From positions 7,061 to 71,060 of IMG/VR virus record IMGVR_UViG_3300043444_000400: a DNA stretch of 64,000 nucleotides; one strand, written 5' to 3'. A model generated the notes under the pieces. That model was not told the origin of the DNA. It made no database searches and saw only the letters and a program-made list of their open reading frames with translations. This document shows, piece by piece, positions 6,331 to 15,212 of the stretch; position 1 is the stretch's first letter, and the number at the start of each line of letters is the position of its first letter. The stretch comes from a virus. The translations under genes and the position numbers were made by a program.

Positions 6331-6774
6331 GTGTTTGATTACATTCAGCCTTATGAAGGATACTCTTTCATCTGGAGTTATGTATGGCCTAGTCTTACAC
6401 AGAGAGGGCTTTCTACAGAAGTAAAAATACGAATCTGGTTTCCTTCTACTTCTTATCAACAGTTCTTTTCAACAGTAGACTATGTAAAAGCACATAATCT
6501 TAATCAATGGACTTTTAATTCCACCGTGGACTCATATATCAAGAGAATGGAACAAGAAGAACAAGGAGATTTTACTCTTATTAGCCAAGATGTAGGGATG
6601 GTTGATTTATTTACCCCTGTTATTACCCAGAAACACAATGAGGTATATCAAGGTACAGCTAAAGCAAATGACCTACAAGTTGATTTCTATGGACGTTCAG
6701 CGCTAGAATTAAAAGCTAGTTTGTACATGGAAGTACAAAGTCTATATCGTCGTATTCAAGGTTATGAGGACTAA
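6331..6774 (+). CDS. HicB-like domain protein, possibly two domains (member 4)
   Basis: QPYEGYSF...FNSTVDSYI and YQGTAKANDLQVDFYGRSALELKASL. Confidence 0.55.
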   Translation: MFDYIQPYEGYSFIWSYVWPSLTQRGLSTEVKIRIWFPSTSYQQFFSTVDYVKAHNLNQWTFNSTVDSYIKRMEQEEQGDFTLISQDVGMVDLFTPVITQKHNEVYQGTAKANDLQVDFYGRSALELKASLYMEVQSLYRRIQGYED

Positions 6775-6779
6775 GACGT

Positions 6780-6989
6780 ATGTTTGAATTAGAAGACTAT
6801 AAAGGATTCCATGTTGAGTGGATTGAACCTAATGATGATGGTTCTTTTACAGGGAAAGCCACAAAAGATAATTATCAAGTTACTTTCGTTGGTACAGATA
6901 AAGATTATCTGGAACAAGCTTTTCATGAATCAGTAGAAGATTTGTTTGAGTTTGTTGATGGGTTAGAGCAAGAAGGATTAGATGTATGA
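6780..6989 (+). CDS. stand-alone HicB-like domain (member 5)
   Basis: EDYKGFHVEWIEPNDDGSFTGKATKDNYQVTFVGTDKDYLEQAFHESVEDL. Confidence 0.7.
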   Translation: MFELEDYKGFHVEWIEPNDDGSFTGKATKDNYQVTFVGTDKDYLEQAFHESVEDLFEFVDGLEQEGLDV

Positions 6990-7399
6990 CAGAGAAATTC
7001 TTCAGTCTAGAACCTATCGATGGCTGTACCTGTGATTGTTATGTGGAAACTTATGAAGACACAAGTACTGTCTACTACGGGCTAGTTCAATTAGTTAACA
7101 GTGAAAGTTGTGCTGATATTAGTTCTTATACTTTAGATGGACTTAAAGAGAAGTTCAGATTGATTGTAGAGCTAGATGCACAAACTGCTAAATTGAATGA
7201 GACCTTGATTTTAGAGCAGGAAAACTGGACAGGTGAAATTGTAGCTTGCCTTATTGACGGGGTAGTCCTTGGTGTTTTCAAAGACGATTGGTGTAATGGT
7301 GAGTTCTTTATCCCGGTAGAGGTACTGAATCACATACAAACTTATTTTAAGACAATTGTTAGCTTACTAGAAGTTGGTATCACTGTTTACGGAGATTAA
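6986..7399 (+). CDS. divergent HicB-like domain protein (member 6)
   Basis: YVETYEDTSTVYYGLVQL...DISSYTLDGLKEKFRLIVE. Confidence 0.45.
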   Translation: MTEKFFSLEPIDGCTCDCYVETYEDTSTVYYGLVQLVNSESCADISSYTLDGLKEKFRLIVELDAQTAKLNETLILEQENWTGEIVACLIDGVVLGVFKDDWCNGEFFIPVEVLNHIQTYFKTIVSLLEVGITVYGD

Positions 7400-7404
7400 T
7401 CCTT

Positions 7405-7767
7405 ATGTCTGCTATGGAATCCCCTGCATCTCATTATCTTAAAAGCCCTCAATTATGGGTGAAGCATCCTAACGGAGAATACTCAATTCTTCCTAACGTA
7501 CATCACACTATTCCTGTAATTGACCATGTTGATTGGCGTTCATCTAAACGAGTTCCTGTTCTCTATGATTCAGAACCCTGTACAGGATTTAAGGTCCATA
7601 GTATCCCGGATACTTGTGCATTAATCGGATATGCTTGTAATGTCTTAGGGTTTGGTTTATATCGTGACGGAGATAAGTTAGACCATGACGCTTTTTGTGC
7701 TTCCTTGATGAATGAGTATCTTTCAAAAGGAGAGTCTGAAGATGAAAATCACCTTCCCCTTGTTTAA
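7405..7767 (+). CDS. hypothetical protein
   Basis: ORF track, GGAG SD. Confidence 0.65.
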   Translation: MSAMESPASHYLKSPQLWVKHPNGEYSILPNVHHTIPVIDHVDWRSSKRVPVLYDSEPCTGFKVHSIPDTCALIGYACNVLGFGLYRDGDKLDHDAFCASLMNEYLSKGESEDENHLPLV

Positions 7768-8125
7768 TTACACTCTTAGTATTGAGCTAACAACGAAAGA
7801 AAACTCTGTTAATCCTTCTGTAGCGGAAGTAGGAAAACAGATTCTTGAAGCTGTTTCTCTAACCACAAAGACTAAACCAATTCCATACCACTTAGACATT
7901 AAGAATTGGTACACCCCTTATGCCAGTGATTTCATTGTCCTTAATTCTGTAACCAAGGATATGGTGATTGAGCTAGAGAAATATTTATCTCACCTAGGGA
8001 TGAATAATAAAGCTCAAGTTTTCCATAATGAAGAAGACCACACTGTACGAATTAACTTTGCCTCCTCTTTGTTCAGTCGAGATAACTTTACCCATTACCT
8101 ACAATACATTCAAAAACATGTCTAA
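7742..8125 (+). CDS. hypothetical protein
   Basis: ORF track; start moved to MKITF after a GGAG SD. Confidence 0.6.
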   Translation: MKITFPLFNYTLSIELTTKENSVNPSVAEVGKQILEAVSLTTKTKPIPYHLDIKNWYTPYASDFIVLNSVTKDMVIELEKYLSHLGMNNKAQVFHNEEDHTVRINFASSLFSRDNFTHYLQYIQKHV

Positions 8126-8447
8126 AAAACACGCACCATCTCAACAAATTAAGCCCCTACAAGCTAAGAATACCTCTCACAATCGCTATAGTCGTGTAGG
8201 AGATTTGATTATTCCTGGAGTTCTTAAGCCCGGTCAAGTTGTTGTAGGTAAGTCTCAGTTCTTTGATAAGTGGTTTGTCTATCGAATTACCGATGGCCTC
8301 AAACCTCTAGCATCACGTTTTACATTTGACAGTCAACCGGAGGCTCAACATTATGCAAGTCAATGGACATACACTACAGGACGATGGTTCTTTTCCCCTA
8401 AAGTTTATATCCCACAAGATGATTCTTCCTTTGAGGGATTGGACTAA
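8118..8447 (+). CDS. hypothetical protein
   Basis: ORF track; likely start MSKKH overlapping previous stop. Confidence 0.6.
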   Translation: MSKKHAPSQQIKPLQAKNTSHNRYSRVGDLIIPGVLKPGQVVVGKSQFFDKWFVYRITDGLKPLASRFTFDSQPEAQHYASQWTYTTGRWFFSPKVYIPQDDSSFEGLD

Positions 8448-8760
8448 TCCAGGGTTATATGGGACTTGGAAAGAAGTTCACCACGATGTCACACAGGATT
8501 TTTATCTTTCGTGTGACTTCCCTGTTCTAGGGGTTAGTTTGAATGGCTCTGAGTTTCTTGCTCCTAATGTAGAACATGGAGTAATTAAGACTCTTGAGAA
8601 CGGTAAGACTTTGAACCTAAAGATTTCCCCTTGCCATAACATCTACTATCTGCATACGGTGGTAGCTCGTACCCTTGAAGGTACATATGGTATTCATGTA
8701 AAAAACGAGACAAAGGAGTACAGTGGTAACCAAAGGAGTGAACTCGCACTGTTGGTTTGA
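8419..8760 (+). CDS. hypothetical protein
   Basis: ORF track; likely start MILPL. Confidence 0.55.
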   Translation: MILPLRDWTNPGLYGTWKEVHHDVTQDFYLSCDFPVLGVSLNGSEFLAPNVEHGVIKTLENGKTLNLKISPCHNIYYLHTVVARTLEGTYGIHVKNETKEYSGNQRSELALLV

Positions 8761-9208
8761 TTCAACCCTGTGTGTAGTTTCTCTAGCTAAGAGCTTAGAC
8801 TCAAATACACAAGGTGCAATCGGCTTTGTCTATGTTTATGATGACACCGTATTTGAGAAATTAGTACAAGTCATCAAGAACATTGCGCCTTTACCTTGTG
8901 TAGCTACTAATATAGGGAAAGAATCTCAAATTAAGATATATTTCCCTACTACATGGACTGCACATAGGGTTTGTAGATTCCTAGACCAAGTTTCACAAGG
9001 AATTAGTAGTAAGGCAAAAGTAAATGTTGATAAACGTTTTAACTTTCCCTCTACTAAGATAACTAGGTATCAAATCTTCAACAAAGACGTAGATTATCAT
9101 CCTATTGATAGTTCATTTGTTGAATGGTGTGATGCTGTTCAAAAATTAGAAAGATTAACGGAGGAAGAAGAAGATGGCGAAGAAGGATTCCAGTTCTTCA
9201 TCGAATAG
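8723..9208 (+). CDS. hypothetical protein
   Basis: ORF track, GGAG SD plus GTG start. Confidence 0.65.
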   Translation: MVTKGVNSHCWFDSTLCVVSLAKSLDSNTQGAIGFVYVYDDTVFEKLVQVIKNIAPLPCVATNIGKESQIKIYFPTTWTAHRVCRFLDQVSQGISSKAKVNVDKRFNFPSTKITRYQIFNKDVDYHPIDSSFVEWCDAVQKLERLTEEEEDGEEGFQFFIE

Positions 9209-9368
9209 CACGAATAGTACCTCTCGTATTGCAATTGTTACTTGTAAATGCAATCATGCATTTCAAGACCTAACATACGGGATTAAGCGCCGTGTAGCAA
9301 ATCGGTGTGGTACTAAAGATAACTACAAATATCGTTGTACTGTGTGTCTTACTGAGCATAAGAAATAA
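9174..9368 (+). CDS. small basic Zn-binding protein
   Basis: CKCNHAFQD...YG...RVAN...YRCTVC. Confidence 0.65.
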   Translation: MAKKDSSSSSNSTNSTSRIAIVTCKCNHAFQDLTYGIKRRVANRCGTKDNYKYRCTVCLTEHKK

Positions 9369-9375
9369 CAACATG

Positions 9376-9411
9376 AAACTCCAGCTTAGTTATATCCCTA
9401 AGCTGGGTTTA
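9376..9411 (+). terminator. terminator-like hairpin
   Basis: CCAGCTTAG-TTATATCC-CTAAGCTGG followed by GTTT. Confidence 0.55.
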
Positions 9412-9453
9412 TAACAGGTAATCCTTTGCCCTACATTCTAATAGGTAATTCAC

Positions 9454-10041
9454 ATGCCTGTAATTCTTTCTTCCACAACCAAGAGTAGTACATATGACCT
9501 TAGTGAAATTCCTAAGGACTGTATACCCTTAGCACTTAAGGACCAAGAGGTTGCTAAGTTACTTCTTGATGCCTTCTACCAACAATGGTATAAGTTTGGT
9601 AGTCCACCATTTATTAAGGAGAAAACTCTTACACAGAACAAAATGGAGTGGGTATTTGTAGAACCTTACGGATATCTACATTTACCTAAAACCATTGGGC
9701 GTTACTTCCTACTTAAGGATAATACTTCAGCTAGTCTACCTTTACCTTGTCGTAATCTATTAAGCCGACATGATATGGGTACTGTTGACCTTAGTAAAGT
9801 AGAGGTTAAGAACTTCTTTCCTGAAGCACATATAAAACCTTTTGGGCAGGAATGTTCCACAATCTGTCTATATAGCCCTTCCTCCGTTGTTTCTCTTTTA
9901 GTTCAAACCCGAAGTTCTCGTCTAGAGAAAATTCTTCTAGGGTCTACTTTTCTTTCGTTTTTACACAGTCAAGGCTTTGAAGTACCTCTTCAAGGCTATT
10001 TTTGGCGCAATCTTAAATCAATGGAGTCCTCAAATGACTAA
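9454..10041 (+). CDS. hypothetical protein upstream of the Ubl cassette
   Basis: ORF track. Confidence 0.7.
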   Translation: MPVILSSTTKSSTYDLSEIPKDCIPLALKDQEVAKLLLDAFYQQWYKFGSPPFIKEKTLTQNKMEWVFVEPYGYLHLPKTIGRYFLLKDNTSASLPLPCRNLLSRHDMGTVDLSKVEVKNFFPEAHIKPFGQECSTICLYSPSSVVSLLVQTRSSRLEKILLGSTFLSFLHSQGFEVPLQGYFWRNLKSMESSND

Positions 10042-10636
10042 TCTCATGCCGATTTCTGAATGGCTTCCTTCTTTTAATAATGAAGGTCAAGAATTTATTG
10101 CTGACCAAATTGCTACATTCTTTATGGACCATGAAGAGATTCATAAGGAGTTGATTGCTGTTCGAGGCCGATATAACAGTCTAACGAAAGAAGACCTTGT
10201 TAACTGGGTTGAACACGAAGGTAATCTGTATAAGACTGCCTCTGATATGTCTTGGTTCATCATCCATCCAAACTCCTATCTTTGGACTAATGGGCATTGG
10301 AGTGAACGATATAACGCTACGGTTGGTCCACTTCGTACTAAGTGGTCTAAATCAGTCGGTGACTTAACTCTTTTGGGTTGCATGGAGATTACTCGTGATT
10401 GGCCTGAAGCTCAGTTGATCATGACTAAGATGGGAAATGCAAACCGTCTGTACAGTATGAATAAGGCAACCTTCTACTCTCCTCTGTTTTTGCTCTGTGC
10501 ATATCTGACAGGTTCTCAAAGTCAGAACTTTATGCACAATCACTTTCGTTCGTGGCTCATTAGCAAAGGGTATGATGTAAATTTTCATCCCTACAATGTT
10601 AATGAAATCCATGACTTTCTTTATGGGGCGGAGTAG
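10034..10636 (+). CDS. hypothetical protein upstream of the Ubl cassette
   Basis: ORF track; start MTNLM after GGAG SD. Confidence 0.7.
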   Translation: MTNLMPISEWLPSFNNEGQEFIADQIATFFMDHEEIHKELIAVRGRYNSLTKEDLVNWVEHEGNLYKTASDMSWFIIHPNSYLWTNGHWSERYNATVGPLRTKWSKSVGDLTLLGCMEITRDWPEAQLIMTKMGNANRLYSMNKATFYSPLFLLCAYLTGSQSQNFMHNHFRSWLISKGYDVNFHPYNVNEIHDFLYGAE

Positions 10637-11134
10637 ATGACGACGCAAAGCAAGTTGTGGCAGATTTGGGAACAGAATGCTCATTATCCAGAACGGCTAA
10701 ACATGAATAGCTGTGTTGTAATGCGGGTATTCTGTCCTTCAGCATTCTCTGAATTTAACTTTAACAAGCTTGATTTTGAGTGTCTTGTTAAAGCAGGTCT
10801 GGAAGTTATTACAAAAACTCAGCTTCCTTACTTTGAGAAGTTAATGGCTGTTCCTGATGAATGTATTTTTATCTCTAGCCCTCTAGAAAAGAATACACAA
10901 ACACAGGTAGCTAATTCTATCTTTGGTTTGTTTAATCAAGCTTGGACTATGCATGGAGGAAAATTAACACCTTTCTCCTACTATGTATGGGCTTCGGGGG
11001 ATAAACCAGAGACAGGTTTCTATGAAGACTTCATTGCATGGCGTATGCAACAGTGGAGTCATCGTTATCGAGTTCTAGAGCTTTCAAAGAAGTTTAACTT
11101 CAATGAGAGTATCTATAAGTTTACTAATGGCTAA
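10637..11134 (+). CDS. hypothetical protein upstream of the Ubl cassette
   Basis: ORF track, abuts previous stop. Confidence 0.7.
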   Translation: MTTQSKLWQIWEQNAHYPERLNMNSCVVMRVFCPSAFSEFNFNKLDFECLVKAGLEVITKTQLPYFEKLMAVPDECIFISSPLEKNTQTQVANSIFGLFNQAWTMHGGKLTPFSYYVWASGDKPETGFYEDFIAWRMQQWSHRYRVLELSKKFNFNESIYKFTNG

Positions 11135-11162
11135 CACCTACAAATCTTAAGGAGATTATCTC

Positions 11163-11486
11163 ATGTCTTTTCTTTCTAACCTTCTCGGTCGCATTTCTGG
11201 TCAGCAAGCTCCTGAGCAACTGAATATCCCTGCTATGGAGCCTCAGCACTACGTACAGGTAACACTGTCTACCAAATATGATGTGCAACTGACTGAAGAG
11301 CAAGAGGGATTGAACCTTGTTACCTATCTGACTGAGTACACTGGTCAGAACGTAGCTTCTCATAACCTTGTGATTGTCTTCCCTGAGGGTGAATCTCTCT
11401 ATGGTGAAGCAGCTAAAGCCTATGTTGTATCTAAGCCCTACCCTGTATCTGTCACTACGCAAGATAGCACTCAGGATAATGGGTAA
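11163..11486 (+). CDS. putative ubiquitin-like (beta-grasp) modifier with C-terminal Gly
   Basis: 107 aa, ends ...QDSTQDNG*; strong AAGGAG SD; directly upstream of JAB, E2 and E1 genes. Confidence 0.6.
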   Translation: MSFLSNLLGRISGQQAPEQLNIPAMEPQHYVQVTLSTKYDVQLTEEQEGLNLVTYLTEYTGQNVASHNLVIVFPEGESLYGEAAKAYVVSKPYPVSVTTQDSTQDNG

Positions 11487-11491
11487 ATAAG

Positions 11492-11565
11492 TTCCTAGAT
11501 TTTCTTTCGTGACATTTCTCTTACGACTACACTTCCTAGATTGTTACAAACAAGCTTCCTAGATT
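11492..11565 (+). repeat. three copies of TTCCTAGATT
   Basis: Exact copies at 11492, 11533 and 11556 in the Ubl-JAB intergenic region. Confidence 0.8.
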
Positions 11566-11582
11566 AACCCTGTGAACTGGTG

Positions 11583-11613
11583 AAGGAACCTCTTTAATTA
11601 GGGGTTCCTTTTA
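11583..11613 (+). terminator. terminator hairpin between the Ubl and JAB genes
   Basis: AAGGAACCTCT-TTAATT-AGGGGTTCCTT followed by TT. Confidence 0.7.
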
Positions 11614-11636
11614 TTTATAGCTAAGGACTATATATC

Positions 11637-12593
11637 ATGTTGATTGAAGATGGTGTACTTAACGCTGTTAAAGACCCTTACGGTACGATTTACACAGTAC
11701 GAGATAGTTTATGGTGTAACTATTTAGACAGAGCTACAATTCACGAAATTGTAGAAGCTGCTAAATTAATTGACCCTAACTTCTTTGTTACTAAACTTCC
11801 TATTGTTAATGATAATGATTTAACTGAAATTGAATACAATCTAGACATCCTTATTCCTAAAGAACAATTTCTTAGTCTTACTGGAATCTTTCTGTTGTAT
11901 GCGGAAGACCGTTTAGAAGTTGGTGCTTTAGGGTTATATAGGGAGTCTGATAGAGATTGGCAATATCTTATCCCTAAGCACAAGGTGACGAATTCAGTTA
12001 ATGTTCAATCGGGTAGTAATACGGAGACTTGGCCTTATGTAACTTTACAGGGGGAAGAGACTACCTTACGTGATATGTATGCTTCGGGCTATGTAATTGC
12101 CTCTCAGGAACATAGTCACCATTACATGTCCCCTACTCCAAGTGCTCAAGATGATATTGATGAAATCAAATCCTCTAAAGGTATTCGTCTTTGTAGAATC
12201 TTTGGTTCCGTTAATCACAGCAAAGGTGTATGGTCTTGGAAAAACAATTTCACTCTAGCTACCCCTTGGACTCGTTATACGGGATTGAAAGAACAGGATT
12301 ATGTTGAACCTTATCAACATCATGAAGCTCTAGAGTACTTTCCAAAAACGAAAGAAGATTTGCCCCCAAAGATTGTTGAATTTATTGAAGCAGGAATTCC
12401 TAAATACAAATCATTCTATGCGGGTGGACATTCAAATATTTCTACCCTTCTTAATGATGAATATGAGGAAGTTTGGGTGCGAAATGAAAAACAGTCGAAG
12501 ATTCCACCTGAATTTAATCCTTCCGACTACACACGATCTCAATTGCTAGATATCTCTAGTCTTATCATTAAGGAACTTCGTAAACGTCTATGA
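11637..12593 (+). CDS. JAB/MPN+ metallopeptidase (PRTRC protein A-like deconjugase)
   Basis: Upstream E (LEVGAL) plus HSHHYMSPTPSAQDDIDE = HxH-x7-S-x2-D JAMM motif. Confidence 0.85.
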   Translation: MLIEDGVLNAVKDPYGTIYTVRDSLWCNYLDRATIHEIVEAAKLIDPNFFVTKLPIVNDNDLTEIEYNLDILIPKEQFLSLTGIFLLYAEDRLEVGALGLYRESDRDWQYLIPKHKVTNSVNVQSGSNTETWPYVTLQGEETTLRDMYASGYVIASQEHSHHYMSPTPSAQDDIDEIKSSKGIRLCRIFGSVNHSKGVWSWKNNFTLATPWTRYTGLKEQDYVEPYQHHEALEYFPKTKEDLPPKIVEFIEAGIPKYKSFYAGGHSNISTLLNDEYEEVWVRNEKQSKIPPEFNPSDYTRSQLLDISSLIIKELRKRL

Positions 12594-13306
12594 ATATTGT
12601 GCTACCAACGGGAAAGCGTAAACCTGTAGCTTACGCTGTCAAAGAGAGTTATATTTACTTTGTTTTTGATGAGCGTGATGATCAATTCATTGTAAAGTCA
12701 AATAACAAAAGTACGTTCTTCTTTGATAATTGTCGAGATTGTCAGTTACTACTTAAAGGTCTATGTAGTGGGGGAAGTCCTACACCTCCTCCAATTATTC
12801 CTGACTCAACAATACGAGTTCCTTGTACTTATTATTATAAGTACGATGATAAACCCGTATTCTTTCGTGCCAAGTTACTACCCCATGTCTTTCGTTTCTA
12901 CTGTGGGTCTAGCTTAAATTATTCTCGTGTGAATTTCTACTTTGTTGGGTCTACTTCTACTACAGAATGTCTAGACTTATCCCCCTACCTAATTGGTAAC
13001 ATGATTGATACAGGACAACTATGTACTGAGGCAAGAGCTACTAATAATGATGTAGGTCTTTGTATTGATACTCTATTTGACAAATGCGTCTGGAATGCTG
13101 ACCATTGTGGTTATTGGTTAGACATCATTCAGCACCATTCAAAATCCGAAAAAGGAATCGATTATTCATCTCAGCTTCAGATTGAGTGGATTAAGGAGTT
13201 TAGTAATAATTCTCCTTTGGTACAAGAAACTTATCCGAAGATGGATTACATCAAATGTGATGACTTAGTTGAGATTGAAGCAAATCAAACACACATCAGC
13301 GTCTAA
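12590..13306 (+). CDS. prokaryotic E2-like conjugating enzyme (family D / PRTRC protein B-like)
   Basis: LLPHVFRF...PYLIGNMIDTGQLC resembles the PxxNxxxxGxxC E2 active-site motif; WNADH tail; gene context. Confidence 0.6.
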   Translation: MNIVLPTGKRKPVAYAVKESYIYFVFDERDDQFIVKSNNKSTFFFDNCRDCQLLLKGLCSGGSPTPPPIIPDSTIRVPCTYYYKYDDKPVFFRAKLLPHVFRFYCGSSLNYSRVNFYFVGSTSTTECLDLSPYLIGNMIDTGQLCTEARATNNDVGLCIDTLFDKCVWNADHCGYWLDIIQHHSKSEKGIDYSSQLQIEWIKEFSNNSPLVQETYPKMDYIKCDDLVEIEANQTHISV

Positions 13307-13327
13307 GAACCTATATCCTTATACAAT

Positions 13328-14350
13328 ATGACACGCAACATTGACATTTATCTAGTTGGCTGCGGTGGAATCGGTGCCAATTTTTTATCTAGTTTTTCTC
13401 AATTCATTCATGGTACAGTTGACCTTCAGAACAGACTTCGTACTTTCTATCTTTATGACGGTGATGTAATTGAGGGTAAAAACTTACAGCGTACCCCATT
13501 TGCACCTTATCAAGTTGGTAAGGCTAAGACTCAAGCCCTATATCAGAATTACAACAATACAAATCTACTCCCTCTGACTCCCTGTAATGTCTTTATCAAT
13601 GCTGAAAACATTAATCTTGTTTTTGAACGCTCAAATGATGAAGATGTTGATTTATTGGCTCTAGTTGTTACAGACCATGTATGGGAACGTGCCTATATTC
13701 TTAATTACCTTATGAACTCTATGGTAAATAAGAACATTATGTGGGCTACAGCGGGGAATTCTTTGGATAAGGGTACAGCTTTGTCTTGGATTAAGAAAGA
13801 TGGAGTAAATAACCCATTTGAATACAGTACTCCATTTGATTTCTCTGAGAAGTATCGAGATATGTTGAATTATCCTGGACGTGACCATTTAGGCGGTTTA
13901 GGGTGTGGCATGACTTGGGGTACAGAGCAAGAAGCAGGTCAGAGTCTTATGATTAACCTCATGTCTCAACTTGCCTTACTCTATATCGTTAAAGAGTACT
14001 TCACATCAAGACGCTGGGTTCCTTTCGTTGAATACCAGGATATTGATGGTCAGATTCAGCTAATTAATAAGCCTGGATGGGAACCTGTAAACCTAGATGA
14101 CGATGCTAGCTGCTTATGCACTATTAAGGAAGAACCTCCTTTTACAGCCCTTGCGTTGTTACGAGAGCTAGGAGTAACTTTTGATGACCCTTCTGATGAA
14201 GAGGAGGGTGACCTTTACACAGAGGAAGACCGTGAATTATACGATGATATGGAAGACGAGGACGATGACCCAGATTACAGAGATTACCCTGATGAAGACT
14301 TAGATTACCCAGAAGCCTATGACATGACTGACCTAGACTATATGAACTAA
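13328..14350 (+). CDS. ThiF/E1-like activating enzyme (PRTRC type) with acidic C-terminal tail
   Basis: LVGCGGIG, YDGDVIEGKNLQR, VGKAK, TDH..ER, WATAGN, candidate catalytic Cys in GLGCG, QSLMIN. Confidence 0.9.
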   Translation: MTRNIDIYLVGCGGIGANFLSSFSQFIHGTVDLQNRLRTFYLYDGDVIEGKNLQRTPFAPYQVGKAKTQALYQNYNNTNLLPLTPCNVFINAENINLVFERSNDEDVDLLALVVTDHVWERAYILNYLMNSMVNKNIMWATAGNSLDKGTALSWIKKDGVNNPFEYSTPFDFSEKYRDMLNYPGRDHLGGLGCGMTWGTEQEAGQSLMINLMSQLALLYIVKEYFTSRRWVPFVEYQDIDGQIQLINKPGWEPVNLDDDASCLCTIKEEPPFTALALLRELGVTFDDPSDEEEGDLYTEEDRELYDDMEDEDDDPDYRDYPDEDLDYPEAYDMTDLDYMN

Positions 14351-14383
14351 TAGACTCTCTAGAATATACAAGGAGAAATCACC

Positions 14384-14887
14384 ATGACTAAGCTCACCGA
14401 ATTACTAACTGCTGAACAAATTCAACAACTTAAGGAGGGTATCATCACTATTGACCAGATTGTAATTGCTACTCCTGAAAAATCTGAAGATAAATCTAAA
14501 AAGTACTATGATGTACTTGAAGGATGGCTTCAACAAGTGACGAAAGGAAAAACACCTGATGATAGCTGTGCTGAGTTCTGGTTCGTTCTATCCACTATTG
14601 GACGGATTAATTACCTAGAAGATAAGTTTAATAAAGAAGAGGAGTTGAGAGATTTCTCTTCTTTCGTTTCTGCTATTGAAGCAGAACATACGACAGCAGA
14701 AATCTTTGAAGCTTTAGTAAATACAGTTTCTCTGCATCCTAAATTCCTTAAGAGTTTAGTCAATAGTAGTTTGGTTACTAAACCTCGTCGTAAGCGAAAT
14801 GAGGTTAAGCAACCTATCGCTAATTCTGAACCCGTAGAACTTACTAAAGCTACAGAAGTTGTTTCTGATACACCATTTATTGCGTAA
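14384..14887 (+). CDS. hypothetical protein
   Basis: ORF track, AAGGAG SD. Confidence 0.7.
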   Translation: MTKLTELLTAEQIQQLKEGIITIDQIVIATPEKSEDKSKKYYDVLEGWLQQVTKGKTPDDSCAEFWFVLSTIGRINYLEDKFNKEEELRDFSSFVSAIEAEHTTAEIFEALVNTVSLHPKFLKSLVNSSLVTKPRRKRNEVKQPIANSEPVELTKATEVVSDTPFIA

Positions 14888-15212
14888 GGAGATTTATAAG
14901 GTGGGTTATAAAACTAATTATTACCCACCGCAACCTTTGTCTGAGAGTATTAAGCCTAAAGATAAAGTTATTGCGGTTCGTCAAGACATACCCTTCAACC
15001 CAAAGGATGATACTACTTATAGACCTGATATTGGTGATAAAAGCTGTTATCGTATCTACACAGTTCAACAGGTTTATGATACTTGGATTAAATTGTATCA
15101 AGTAGATGTGAATTTTAGTCGTAGTACAGGGGAACCCCTTCTACAAGATACTTCTTTTGTTTCTTTAGACTACAGATTTTGGGATAACTACACTATAAAA
15201 AGTCTATGTTAA
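14859..15212 (+). CDS. hypothetical protein
   Basis: ORF track; start uncertain. Confidence 0.55.
   Translation: MFLIHHLLRKEIYKVGYKTNYYPPQPLSESIKPKDKVIAVRQDIPFNPKDDTTYRPDIGDKSCYRIYTVQQVYDTWIKLYQVDVNFSRSTGEPLLQDTSFVSLDYRFWDNYTIKSLC

Noticed and set aside
13328-14350. ThiF/MoeB for thiamine or molybdopterin biosynthesis
   Set aside because: No thiS/thiG/moaD/moaE nearby and no typical CxxC zinc pairs. The adjacent JAB and E2-like genes point to conjugation.
14200-14350. Acidic D/E-rich repeats (DYRDYPDEDLDYPE) as a repeat element
   Set aside because: This is the low-complexity protein tail of the E1, not a DNA repeat family.
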